Source of the DNA: Gammaproteobacteria bacterium
Lineage (GTDB): Bacteria > Pseudomonadota > Gammaproteobacteria > Steroidobacterales > Foliamicaceae
Direction: 5' to 3'
NCBI GenBank assembly: GCA_963666765.1
Contig: OY762933.1
Location: 1,854,553 to 1,918,552, forward strand
Length of the DNA: 64,000 nucleotides
The notes under the pieces were generated by a model, which worked only from the letters and a program-made list of their open reading frames with translations, had not been told where the DNA came from and did no database searches. Made by a program: the position numbers and the translations under genes. Position 1 is the stretch's first letter, and each line of letters starts with the position of its first letter. Shown piece by piece: positions 9,259-18,393 of the stretch.

Positions 9259-10002
9259 CTAGAACTCTTCCAGCAGCCGCCCGAATCCCATGACCTTGTC
9301 GTCGATACCATTGGCCCTGAGCGCGTGCCAATAGGTGGCCGTGTTGATGGCGATCACGGGCTTGCCGAGCCACCGTTCGGCGCCCGCCGCCAGACGGATC
9401 GTGGAAAGATTGGTGCCCACCTGCACCAGTGCGTCGACATCGTCGCCGTCAAGTTCCTGGAATTCCCGGGCGACCCGCGATTCCGGCACTTCCGCGATGG
9501 CGGTCCATGAGGGGCAGCGCAGGCAGGAGTCGCGCACGACGTTGAAACCTCGATCCGACAGGTATCGGCTGACTTCGCGGTTGGCCACCGGATAGTAGGG
9601 CGACATGAACGCCACGTTGCGCGAGCCGTATGCGTCGAGCGCGTCGGCCACCGCCTCGGAACCGACCGACAGCTTGAGTTCGGCGATTTCCTCTATCCTT
9701 CGCTTCCATTCAGTGCCGCCCTTCACGCCGCCGTAGAAGGTCACCGCCGACATGCCCATCACCAGGTAGTCGGGTTTGCAGGTCAGCACGCCCCGAACCG
9801 CGGCGGCCGTATTCTCCGAAATCTCGATGGTGCCCGCCATGAAGGTCTCGTCGGATATCGCGTTGGCGTCCTGTATGACGATGCGCGAGTAATGGTTGGT
9901 GACGCCCGGCGGGCGCAGGTCGTCGAAGTCCGGCTGCACGATGGTGTTTGTGGAGGGCCCCAGCACCCCGAATTTCTTTCGCCATGCCAATGCATCGGTC
10001 AT
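9259..10002 (-). CDS. Asp/Glu/hydantoin racemase superfamily protein (maleate isomerase / arylmalonate decarboxylase-like)
   Basis: About 247 aa. The motifs MGMSAVTFYGG and VQVGTNLST resemble this fold. The ATG at 10002 has a GGAGG eight nt upstream. The gene lies 6 nt downstream of the cyclodeaminase-like gene. Confidence 0.6.
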   Translation of the reverse strand: MTDALAWRKKFGVLGPSTNTIVQPDFDDLRPPGVTNHYSRIVIQDANAISDETFMAGTIEISENTAAAVRGVLTCKPDYLVMGMSAVTFYGGVKGGTEWKRRIEEIAELKLSVGSEAVADALDAYGSRNVAFMSPYYPVANREVSRYLSDRGFNVVRDSCLRCPSWTAIAEVPESRVAREFQELDGDDVDALVQVGTNLSTIRLAAGAERWLGKPVIAINTATYWHALRANGIDDKVMGFGRLLEEF

Positions 10003-10014
10003 CGTCAATTCCTC

Positions 10015-10983
10015 CTAGTCCCAGGTGAGGTCCACGCCGATGTTCCTGCTCTCGGCGTTGCGAAAAGCGGCAATGGCGGCGGCCAGGTCCTGGGCGGCGA
10101 CGCCCAGCGACTTGTAGACGGTGATTTCCGCTTCGTCGCGCCGCCCGGCAACCTTGCCGTCCAGCACTTCGCCGATCTCTCCGGCGATGTGCGATTCGGA
10201 CACGGCGCCTGCCCCGATTGCAGACAGCAATTCACCCGCCTGGTCCATTGCGGAGGCCCGGTAATCCACGAAGAAGCGCGAGCGGGTCACTACGTCAACA
10301 TCGGCTTCCGCCGCGCTGGCGATGGCGGCCCCGACCAGGTTCACGTGACAACCGGACGCCAGCCATTTCCCCTCAAGCACCGGGGTTGCGGCGGACGTGG
10401 TGGTGCAGACGATGTCGGCGCCCTCCACGGCCTCACGCGCGCTGCCGGCAAGGCAGGCGGAAGCGGGCAGCCCCTGCGCCATCCGCCGGGCGTGGGATTC
10501 CGTCCGTCCCCAGATCCGTATTTCGCTGATCGCCCGCACGCAGGTCAGTGCCTGAGCATGGTGCCGAGCCTGGGCGCCGGTGCCGAGTATGGCCAGCGAC
10601 GCGGCATCGGCGCGCGCCAGGACACGCGTGGCCAGCGCGCTGGCCGCGGCCGTCCTGATCGCGGTCAGTTCGCTGCCGTCCAGCAGGGCAAGCGGTATGC
10701 CTTCCTCGCTGTCGAAGATCATTACGGCGCCCACATGGGAACCGTACGGGCTGTCCGCCGAGCGCGGATACTTGGACACGATCTTGACGCCGAATGTACA
10801 CGGTTCGCCCAGGTACCCCGGCATCAGGGTGAACTTTCCGCCGTGCTCCGGGATGTCCATGTATCTGCGCAGCGGCATGATGGTGTCGCCGCGGGATACC
10901 GCGCGCATGGCGGACTCCAGCGCATCAATGCACTCGGCATGCGAGAGCGCTTCGGCGACCGCCTCCCGGTTGAGAATGCGCAT
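10015..10983 (-). CDS. Ornithine cyclodeaminase / mu-crystallin family protein
   Basis: 322 aa. LAILGTGAQARHHAQAL is a Rossmann motif. Overall similarity to the OCD family is judged by eye. Confidence 0.75.
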   Translation of the reverse strand: MRILNREAVAEALSHAECIDALESAMRAVSRGDTIMPLRRYMDIPEHGGKFTLMPGYLGEPCTFGVKIVSKYPRSADSPYGSHVGAVMIFDSEEGIPLALLDGSELTAIRTAAASALATRVLARADAASLAILGTGAQARHHAQALTCVRAISEIRIWGRTESHARRMAQGLPASACLAGSAREAVEGADIVCTTTSAATPVLEGKWLASGCHVNLVGAAIASAAEADVDVVTRSRFFVDYRASAMDQAGELLSAIGAGAVSESHIAGEIGEVLDGKVAGRRDEAEITVYKSLGVAAQDLAAAIAAFRNAESRNIGVDLTWD

Positions 10984-11004
10984 GAATGAGCGGAGAGAAG
11001 CCGC

Positions 11005-11895
11005 TCAGCCGAAGCCGCGCATCTCGATGATGCGCTCGAAGAACGACGGACCGTCATCGTGCTCGGGCGACTGCTCGAATACCGGAGAAAGGGCCCGGGC
11101 GCGCTTGAGATAGCCGGAGTCCAGGTCCTCGAAGGACCGCACCTTTACCGCGTCGAAATGCCATATCACGTGGCCGGGCAGGATGCCCATTTCGTTGTAC
11201 GGCCGGCGGGTGGCCGAAAAGATGTTCCAGCCGCCGGAAGCAGCGGTCGGCTGACGCGGCTCCTCGCCCAGGATTTCGTGCGTCGCGGCGAAAAGGGAAG
11301 CATATTCCAGCGACGGCTGCGGAAGGATGGGAGGAAAGCGCGAGCCTTCCTGCAGGCGCAGGATGCCGTTGTCGTCGGCCCAGTCCAGGTGCAGGGGTTT
11401 CTCGGCGTAGTGGTCGGGAAATACCCGCTTCATGCTGCCGAACCATACCCCCATGGGGGTGTAGTAATGCCCTTCCTTGTGGCGAATGAAACTGGCCGGC
11501 AGCGTAACGGTAGCGCCGTTGAAGGGGCTGGTGTACTGGTCGATGAACTCGCCCGTCTCAAGATCGGTGAAGAAGGAGACCGTGGAGGGATAGCGCACCC
11601 ACACATGTTCTTCCACCTGCTTCCACCACCCGGTTTCGCTGCCCAGAAAACCGTACATGGGGGTGACGGCGTCTTCCTGTACGGCGAAGACCTTGCCGCG
11701 GGTCTTCCACACGCAGGGGTCGCCGCCTTCATTCCCGTAGGCGCGGACCATCGCGCGGCACTGCGCCTGGGGATCGCTCGGCAGTGTCAGTTTCTCGTCA
11801 GCGCCGTCGGCAGTCTCTTGCGCCATCAGCATTCGCGGCACGCCGGCCCCGATTCCCATCACGGCCGCGGCCTGCAGCAAATTCCTCCGATTCAT
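11005..11895 (-). CDS. Tat-signal protein, DUF1838-like family, paralogue A
   Basis: Start is the ATG at 11895 after GGGAGAGGG. The leader is MNRRNLLQAAAVMGIGAG. It carries the family block FFTDLETGEFIDQYTSPFNGATVTLP. Confidence 0.7.
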   Translation of the reverse strand: MNRRNLLQAAAVMGIGAGVPRMLMAQETADGADEKLTLPSDPQAQCRAMVRAYGNEGGDPCVWKTRGKVFAVQEDAVTPMYGFLGSETGWWKQVEEHVWVRYPSTVSFFTDLETGEFIDQYTSPFNGATVTLPASFIRHKEGHYYTPMGVWFGSMKRVFPDHYAEKPLHLDWADDNGILRLQEGSRFPPILPQPSLEYASLFAATHEILGEEPRQPTAASGGWNIFSATRRPYNEMGILPGHVIWHFDAVKVRSFEDLDSGYLKRARALSPVFEQSPEHDDGPSFFERIIEMRGFG

Positions 11896-12062
11896 GAGCC
11901 CTCTCCCAGGAATGTTCCGACAGAAGTGCGTAACGATAACGCACCCGGGAGTATCCGTGTTTTCAAGTCGGCATGCGGGAGACGGCGGTGCATCTGTGGG
12001 AGGACGCACGGGAAGCGTATGATTCCGATTTTCGCCGCAAAGGCCGTACGGCTGAGGACCCC

Positions 12063-13454
12063 ATGAGCGTATTGCCCGCCAAAGAGGCCCGTTTCGAATG
12101 GAATGTCCCCGTGGCCGTGGTGGGCGCAGGCGGATGCGGCCTGTGCGCCGGTCTCGCCGCCCGCCAGGCTGGCGCCGAAGTGCTCATACTCGAGCGCGAC
12201 GCCGCGCCGATCGGCACCACCGGCATGTCCACCGGCCTGATCCCGGGCGCCGGAACCCGGATGCAGCGCGAGAAGGGGATCGAGGACTCGCCGGAGTTGT
12301 TCGCCGGCGACATGCTCGCCAAGGTCAGGCAGCAGACCGATGCGGACGTGGTGCTGGCGCTGGCCCGCGAGTCCGCGCGCACCGTGGAGTGGCTGGCCGA
12401 CGAATGCGGCGTGGCGCTTTCGCTGGTCGACAGCTTCCTGTACTCGGGTCACAGCGTCATGCGTTTGCATGGCAGCCCCAACCGCACCGGCTCCGAACTG
12501 ATGGGCAGCCTGCTGGACGCCTGCACCGACGCTGGCGCCGACCTGTTGACTGACGCGCGCGTCAGCCACCTCTTCGCCGATGCCGAAGGGCGCATAAGCG
12601 GTCTGCGTTGCGAGCGGCCGGACGGCAGCACCGAGGACCTCGGCTGCGGAGCGCTGATCCTGGCCTGCTGCGGTTTCGCCGGCAACCAGGAAATGGTGGC
12701 CGAATATATCCCCGAACTGCGCTACGCGGAGTTCTTCGGTCATCCGGGCAACCAGGGCGAGGCGATACAGTGGGGCCGGGAACTCGGCGCGGCGATTGCC
12801 GACATCCGCTCCTACCAGGGCCACGGCGGTCTCGCGAAGGGTTACGGCGTTCCCATCCTGTGGCCGGTCATCCTGGAAGGCGGGATCCAGGTAAACCTCG
12901 ACGGCCGGCGCTTTTCCGACGAATCGCTGGGCTATTCCGAGCAGGCGATGAATGTCCTGGCGCAGCCTGATCACGTTGCCATCACGGTCTACGACCAGCG
13001 TCTGCACGAACTGATGCATGAGTTCAACGATTACCGCGAAGCGATCACCGCAGGCGCGGTCCGAAAAGCCTCGACCCCGGGAGAACTTGCCGAAATGTTC
13101 GGACTGCCGGCCGATGTCCTCGAGGAGACCCTGGCCGAGACGGCCATCCTGACCCGGGGCGAAGCGGCTGATTCTTTCGGCCGCGATTTCACCGGCAGGC
13201 CGGAACTCGCCGCGCCCTGGTACGGCGTACGCGTCACGGGCGCCCTGTTCCACACGCAGGGAGGACTAAGGGTGGATGCGCGGGCCCGCGTGCTTCGCGA
13301 AGACGGCAGCGCCTTCCCCAACCTGTTCGCCGGCGGCGGCGCGGCGCGCGGCGTTTCGGGCCCGTCGCGCTGGGGCTACATCGCTGGCAACGGCCTGCTC
13401 ACCGCTACCACCTACGGCAGGCTGGCGGGCGAAAGCGCCGCGAACCTGGCCTGA
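12063..13454 (+). CDS. FAD-dependent oxidoreductase (fumarate reductase / 3-ketosteroid dehydrogenase-like flavoprotein)
   Basis: Dinucleotide fold VAVVGAGGCGLCAGLAARQAG, plus C-terminal HTQGGLRVD and FAGGGAARG motifs. The ATG at 12063 follows GAGGA. No signal peptide. Confidence 0.75.
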   Translation: MSVLPAKEARFEWNVPVAVVGAGGCGLCAGLAARQAGAEVLILERDAAPIGTTGMSTGLIPGAGTRMQREKGIEDSPELFAGDMLAKVRQQTDADVVLALARESARTVEWLADECGVALSLVDSFLYSGHSVMRLHGSPNRTGSELMGSLLDACTDAGADLLTDARVSHLFADAEGRISGLRCERPDGSTEDLGCGALILACCGFAGNQEMVAEYIPELRYAEFFGHPGNQGEAIQWGRELGAAIADIRSYQGHGGLAKGYGVPILWPVILEGGIQVNLDGRRFSDESLGYSEQAMNVLAQPDHVAITVYDQRLHELMHEFNDYREAITAGAVRKASTPGELAEMFGLPADVLEETLAETAILTRGEAADSFGRDFTGRPELAAPWYGVRVTGALFHTQGGLRVDARARVLREDGSAFPNLFAGGGAARGVSGPSRWGYIAGNGLLTATTYGRLAGESAANLA

Positions 13455-13505
13455 CCACCGCGCACCGGAGCCCAGGCCGGGCCGTAGCCGGCCACGCTCG
13501 CCGTT

Positions 13506-15704
13506 ATGATTCGCGCCATGAAAAAGAAACGCGCGTGGCTGACCCTGGCCCTGATCGTCCTCGTGGCGCTGCTGGGAACGCTTGGCTGGATGGCCAGCGA
13601 CTATCGCCTCTGGGTCCGGTTTGCCAACTGGCCCCAGGATGCGTCCGACCCGGCCAATGCCCGCAGCTTCTCGCCGCAGGTTCCCATCGGCTATGGCGAC
13701 AGCCCGGCCCCCGATACCGCGCAGGATCCCTTGATTCCGCAGGATGTCCTCGACGGAGCCTGGGACTATGCGCAAAGCCAGCAGTCCTACGCGCTGCTCG
13801 TTTCCGTCAACGGGGAATTGCAGTTCGAACGCTATGACCGCGGGGCGAACTCCAGGACTCCCTACAATTCCCAGTCGCTGCACAAGAGCCTGACCGCGAT
13901 CATGCTGGGCGCCGCCATCTACAACGGCGCGATCGAATCCGAGCACCAGCCGGCCTCGTTCTGGCTGGAGGAGTGGGCGGGCGATCCGCAGCGCTCGGGC
14001 ATCACCCTGGCGAACCTGGCCTACATGGAAGGGGGACTGGAGCGGGGGCGCTTCGCCGTCAGTCCGTTTGCCCCCGGCGCACGGCTGTTCCTGACCGGTC
14101 GCCTGGCCCGTGAAGCCCTGGGCACGCCGATGGCCGCCGAACCGGGAGCCGAGTACATCTGGTCCAATGCCAGCGTGCAGGCGCTTTCCATCGCGATCGA
14201 GAGGGCCGCCGGCCGGCCCTGGGCGGAACTGCTGCGGGACTGGATCTGGGAGCCGATCGGGGCGGGCGAGGCCTGGGTCCAGCTGGACCGTCCAGGCGGC
14301 AATGCGCAATCGTTCTGCTGCCTGATATCCAACGGACGCAACTGGCTGCGCATCGGCGAGTTGCTGGCCGGCGACGGCGTCTGGAAAGGCCGCCGCCTGC
14401 TTCCTGAAGGCTGGGTCGCCCGCATGACGCAAGGCGCGTCCACGAACCCCAATTTCGGCATGCAACTGTGGCGCAACGAACCGTACGCGCCGACCCAGCT
14501 GCGCATGTCAAAGCCGCGCATGGAAGTTCCGCGCGACCCGGCGCTGGGGGCGCCCGACGCCTGGTACATGGAAGGCCACTTCTCGCAGCGCGTCTACGTC
14601 GTGCCGTCGCTCGGGCTGGTGGTCGTGCGCTTCGGCGCAGACCGCCTGGACTGGGACGAAGCCCAAATGATGAACGGGCTGATCGCGGCGCTCAAGCCGG
14701 CGGCCCCCGTGTCACTGAACATTGCCAGGCCGGACCATGATTTCGGCGAACGCGCCGCGCCACGCGCGCCGGACTACACGCTACAGGACAACTGGGCCCG
14801 CTATCCGGACGAAGCGGCGCTGGCGCCCGAACACGCGGCCGGCTTTTACATTCACCCGACGACCTGGCCCGGAAGCGAATGGAACGCCACCGTGCCTGAC
14901 GCCGCGGCACGGCCAGCCGTGGATGCTGTCGTGGCTTCGCAGGCAAGCGTGCTGGATGCCTGCTGTGCGGTGTACGCGCCGCGCTACCGGCAGGCCGCTT
15001 CCGCCGCGGTATTCGACCAGAAGGGCAATCGGGACCCGGCCTACGGGCTGGCTTTCACCGATATCGTGCGGGCCTTCACGCATTTTGCAGAGCAAACCGG
15101 CGACCGCCCCATAGTGCTGCTGGGCCATAGCCAGGGCGCCTTGCACGCCGAACGCCTGCTGAGTGATGTCATCGCCCGGGACGATGCGCTATCAAGCCGC
15201 ATGGCCGTCACCTACATTGCCGGAATACCCGTGCCGCTGGGTTCCTACGGGGACCGGCTCAGGAATTTCCAACCATGCCGCGAGAGCAACGATACGGGTT
15301 GCGTGGCGTCCTGGATCACCTACGGGCCCACCGGGGATGCGCGGGCGATTCAGTTCGCCACCGCCATGCGCATGCCCCAATATCGCCGCGACGATGGCGG
15401 CCTGGACGTGCAGTGCAGCAATCCGCTGAACTGGTCGGCGCCGGGAGAATGGACACCGGCCTCGGCCAATCCCGGCGCCGTGGCGCCCGCGCTGCCGGGG
15501 CAGGGGCGCCGCGCCTCGATCCCGGGCGTCACCGGCGCCTGGTGCGACCAGGGCATATTGCGTCTGGACCGAACCCCGGCCGCGCCGTTCGATGCCTTGC
15601 TGCTGCCGGGGGCGAGCTATCACTACTACGACGTGGCGCTGTTTCACGCCGCGCTGAGTCAGAACGCAGCGCTAAGAGCACAGGCCTGGCGCCAGTCCCA
15701 GTAG
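13506..15704 (+). CDS. Membrane-anchored fusion: beta-lactamase-fold serine hydrolase (N-terminal half) plus DUF3089-like alpha/beta hydrolase (C-terminal half)
   Basis: TM anchor WLTLALIVLVALLGTLGW, and an S-L-H-K (SxxK) motif at 13875-13886. The C-terminal half carries YAPRYRQA and LLGHSQGA, which I remember as DUF3089 hallmarks. Confidence 0.7.
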   Translation: MIRAMKKKRAWLTLALIVLVALLGTLGWMASDYRLWVRFANWPQDASDPANARSFSPQVPIGYGDSPAPDTAQDPLIPQDVLDGAWDYAQSQQSYALLVSVNGELQFERYDRGANSRTPYNSQSLHKSLTAIMLGAAIYNGAIESEHQPASFWLEEWAGDPQRSGITLANLAYMEGGLERGRFAVSPFAPGARLFLTGRLAREALGTPMAAEPGAEYIWSNASVQALSIAIERAAGRPWAELLRDWIWEPIGAGEAWVQLDRPGGNAQSFCCLISNGRNWLRIGELLAGDGVWKGRRLLPEGWVARMTQGASTNPNFGMQLWRNEPYAPTQLRMSKPRMEVPRDPALGAPDAWYMEGHFSQRVYVVPSLGLVVVRFGADRLDWDEAQMMNGLIAALKPAAPVSLNIARPDHDFGERAAPRAPDYTLQDNWARYPDEAALAPEHAAGFYIHPTTWPGSEWNATVPDAAARPAVDAVVASQASVLDACCAVYAPRYRQAASAAVFDQKGNRDPAYGLAFTDIVRAFTHFAEQTGDRPIVLLGHSQGALHAERLLSDVIARDDALSSRMAVTYIAGIPVPLGSYGDRLRNFQPCRESNDTGCVASWITYGPTGDARAIQFATAMRMPQYRRDDGGLDVQCSNPLNWSAPGEWTPASANPGAVAPALPGQGRRASIPGVTGAWCDQGILRLDRTPAAPFDALLLPGASYHYYDVALFHAALSQNAALRAQAWRQSQ

Positions 15705-15705
15705 C

Positions 15706-15832
15706 GGAAATCGCCGCGAGCGCAGACTGCCCTTACCTGGAAACGCCGACAGGCACATCCCTGTGGGCTCGGTGTCGGCATCCCTGCCTCCAACGTTCCA
15801 GGGAAGGGCAGTCTGTGCTCGCGGCGATTTCC
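15706..15832. repeat. 127-bp palindromic element with 35-bp inverted termini (33/35 match)
   Basis: ggaaatcgccgcgagcgcagactgcccttacctgg (15706-15740) pairs with 15798-15832. An inner stem gccgaca/tgtcggc is also present. The element starts 2 nt after the stop of the preceding gene. Confidence 0.85.
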
Positions 15833-15865
15833 ACGGATTGCGGGTCGGCGTTTATACTCCGCTTG

Positions 15866-15890
15866 AATCCGCTTGGGGAGGCGGATTTTT
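15866..15890 (+). terminator. Possible Rho-independent terminator or attenuator upstream of the TonB-dependent receptor
   Basis: The aatccgc/gcggatt stem has an 8-nt loop and is followed by a T run (ttttt). The stem is weak. Confidence 0.35.
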
Positions 15891-15914
15891 CTTGAATTTC
15901 ATCAGGGGACAACC

Positions 15915-18350
15915 ATGACCTTATCGCGTTTCACGCGCCCGGCGATCGCGCTCGGCGCCCTTTGTCTGCTTGCCACCTCGCTGCCCGCGCAGGAAATCGA
16001 GGAGATCGTCGTCACCGCGCGGAAGCGCACCGAGTCTGTGCAGGACATCCCGCTGAGCATCTCGGTGTTTGACGAAGAAGCCATCGCCGCGGCCGGCATC
16101 AGGGACATCGACGACATCGCCCGGCTGACGCCGGGGCTGGTGTTCGACAAGGGCTGGATCCCGCAGGACACGCGACCGCACATCCGCGGATTGCCCACCG
16201 ACCGCGGCCGCGCTCCGGTCGGCATCCTCGTGGACGGCATCGACATCTCATCGGAATCGATGCTGACCTCCGGCGGCGGAATGCTGATGAACCTCAAGGT
16301 CATGGACATCGAGCGAATCGAAGTCGTCAAGGGTCCGCAAAGCGCGCTGTACGGCCGGGTGGCCTTCGGCGGCGCGGTGAATTACGTTTCCAGGGCCCCC
16401 AGCGACGAGCTCGAGGCGGATTTCTCGGCTGACGTTGGCCAATACGGGCAGATGGAAGCGCGCGTTGGGGTGTCCTTTCCCGTATCGGAGACATTCGGCC
16501 TGCGGATCAATGCGGTAACCGCGCAGCACGACGGCTACTATGAGAACGAAGTGTCGGGCGAAGGCATTGGCGGTTCGGACTCCACGGGAGTGTCCGCGTC
16601 CGCGGCATTACAACCGTCCGATACCTTCAGCCTGGATCTGCGCGTGGCGTATTCGTCGGACGAATACGAAATCCGCCCGCAGGCGCAGCAGGCCAGCAAG
16701 ACCGGCCACGCCGATCCTGTGTTGCTGCCGTCGCATGTGGTCGGACTCCTGTCTCCGGGCGCATTCGGGCCGGTTCCCTACCCTGCGAATGTCTTTGCGC
16801 CGCCGGCCGGGGCGATCACTTCGCTGGACACGATTTCCGCCAGCCTGAACCCCTACACCGGTGAGGACTACGAAGGAAGCACCTTCGATTCGCTGCTGGT
16901 GCATGCGCGCGCTGAATGGGACTTCGGCGGGGCAAAGCTGAACGCCTGGCTGGGCGGCACCTCCGCCGAAACCACCCAGAACATGGACGTGGACTACTAC
17001 GGAGAGCCATGGCAACCGGTTTTCCTGCCGTCGCCCGGCGTGAACGAACCCCTGCCCGCGCAATTCCTTTTCGACCTTGAAACGGACATCGACCAGACCA
17101 ACCTCGAACTCAGGCTCGGCGACCTTGAATCGGATGGATTCCGCTGGGCCGTAGGCGGACTGTACTGGAACGAGGAAGTGCGGCAGAAGAACGGAAACCT
17201 GATCGTGCTGATGTTCGTGCCGGTCATTTCCGCAGGCCAGAACGTGGCCGCGCAAAGCCCCATCACGAAGCGCGACGAGGGCCGCGATACCGATCACTGG
17301 TCGGCGTACGGAATCCTCGAATACGACTTCAACGACAGGCTGACCGGCTCGGTGGAAGCCCGCTACTCGGACGAATCCACGGATACCTACTGGACCGTGG
17401 GCGGAAACGGCATGATCGGCGCGGCGTTTGCGGGACCCATCCCGGTCAACATGAACCCGACCGCCCAGCGAGGCTCCGAGGACAGTTTCTTCACGCCCCG
17501 CGTTACGCTGGAATACCAGTATTCCGAGAACATACTCACCTACGCTTCAATCGCCAAGGGCGTCAAGCCCGGCGGCGTTTCCACGATAGCGAGCCCGAAC
17601 CCCGTTACCGCGCGCTTCGCGCCGGAGGAATTGTGGAACTACGAAGCCGGATTCAAGAGCACGCTGGCGGAAGGCCGCGTGACGTTCAACGCCGCGGTGT
17701 TCTTCATGGACTACGAGGGCAAACAGACGGTCAGCCTTGAGCCCAGCGCAACCGCGGCCACCGGCTTCGACCTGGTGGTCGGCAATGCGGGCGCCGCGGA
17801 AATCAGCGGCTTTGAAGTGGAAGGCGCGCTTGCAGTCACAGAAGAATTGCTGATTCGCGGCGGATACACCTGGCTGGACAGCGAGTACACCGACTTTGTG
17901 AGCCTTACCAACAGCGCGCTTACGATCGGGCTGGTAAACGATTGCACGCTGCAGCAGACACCCGCCGGGCTCTACCTCTGTTCGGTGGATCAATCGGGGC
18001 GGGAGATGGAGCGCGTGCCGCAGCATAACTTCAACGTTTCGGCCAGCTACACCCGCGCCGTCGGCAACGGCATGAATTTTCAGGTTGACCTGCTTGCGCA
18101 GTACCAAAGCGAGCGCGGCATCGCGGTCGGACGCCGCAACGTGTTCGACTCGTGGGTCAACGTCGACGCACGCATCGGCCTGCAGGCGGAACGCTGGAGC
18201 CTGTTCGCCTACGTGGACAACGTAACGGATGACGATACGGTGCGCACGGCGCAGTCCTCGGGCGACTTCTTCGCCCTGGGCAACCTTGCGACTGTGATCT
18301 TCGCGCCCGACAAGCGCCAGGCCGGACTGCGCTTCAGCTACTCGATGTAA
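15915..18350 (+). CDS. TonB-dependent outer-membrane receptor (TBDR1)
   Basis: Signal peptide followed by the plug start EIEEIVVTARKRTESVQDIPLSISVF. Also IERIEVVKGPQSALYGR and a long beta-barrel. The ATG at 15915 follows AGGGGA. Confidence 0.9.
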   Translation: MTLSRFTRPAIALGALCLLATSLPAQEIEEIVVTARKRTESVQDIPLSISVFDEEAIAAAGIRDIDDIARLTPGLVFDKGWIPQDTRPHIRGLPTDRGRAPVGILVDGIDISSESMLTSGGGMLMNLKVMDIERIEVVKGPQSALYGRVAFGGAVNYVSRAPSDELEADFSADVGQYGQMEARVGVSFPVSETFGLRINAVTAQHDGYYENEVSGEGIGGSDSTGVSASAALQPSDTFSLDLRVAYSSDEYEIRPQAQQASKTGHADPVLLPSHVVGLLSPGAFGPVPYPANVFAPPAGAITSLDTISASLNPYTGEDYEGSTFDSLLVHARAEWDFGGAKLNAWLGGTSAETTQNMDVDYYGEPWQPVFLPSPGVNEPLPAQFLFDLETDIDQTNLELRLGDLESDGFRWAVGGLYWNEEVRQKNGNLIVLMFVPVISAGQNVAAQSPITKRDEGRDTDHWSAYGILEYDFNDRLTGSVEARYSDESTDTYWTVGGNGMIGAAFAGPIPVNMNPTAQRGSEDSFFTPRVTLEYQYSENILTYASIAKGVKPGGVSTIASPNPVTARFAPEELWNYEAGFKSTLAEGRVTFNAAVFFMDYEGKQTVSLEPSATAATGFDLVVGNAGAAEISGFEVEGALAVTEELLIRGGYTWLDSEYTDFVSLTNSALTIGLVNDCTLQQTPAGLYLCSVDQSGREMERVPQHNFNVSASYTRAVGNGMNFQVDLLAQYQSERGIAVGRRNVFDSWVNVDARIGLQAERWSLFAYVDNVTDDDTVRTAQSSGDFFALGNLATVIFAPDKRQAGLRFSYSM

Positions 18351-18393
18351 TCCCGGGAAAGAGGCGCGCCGCAAACAATCGAAAGGAAGATTC

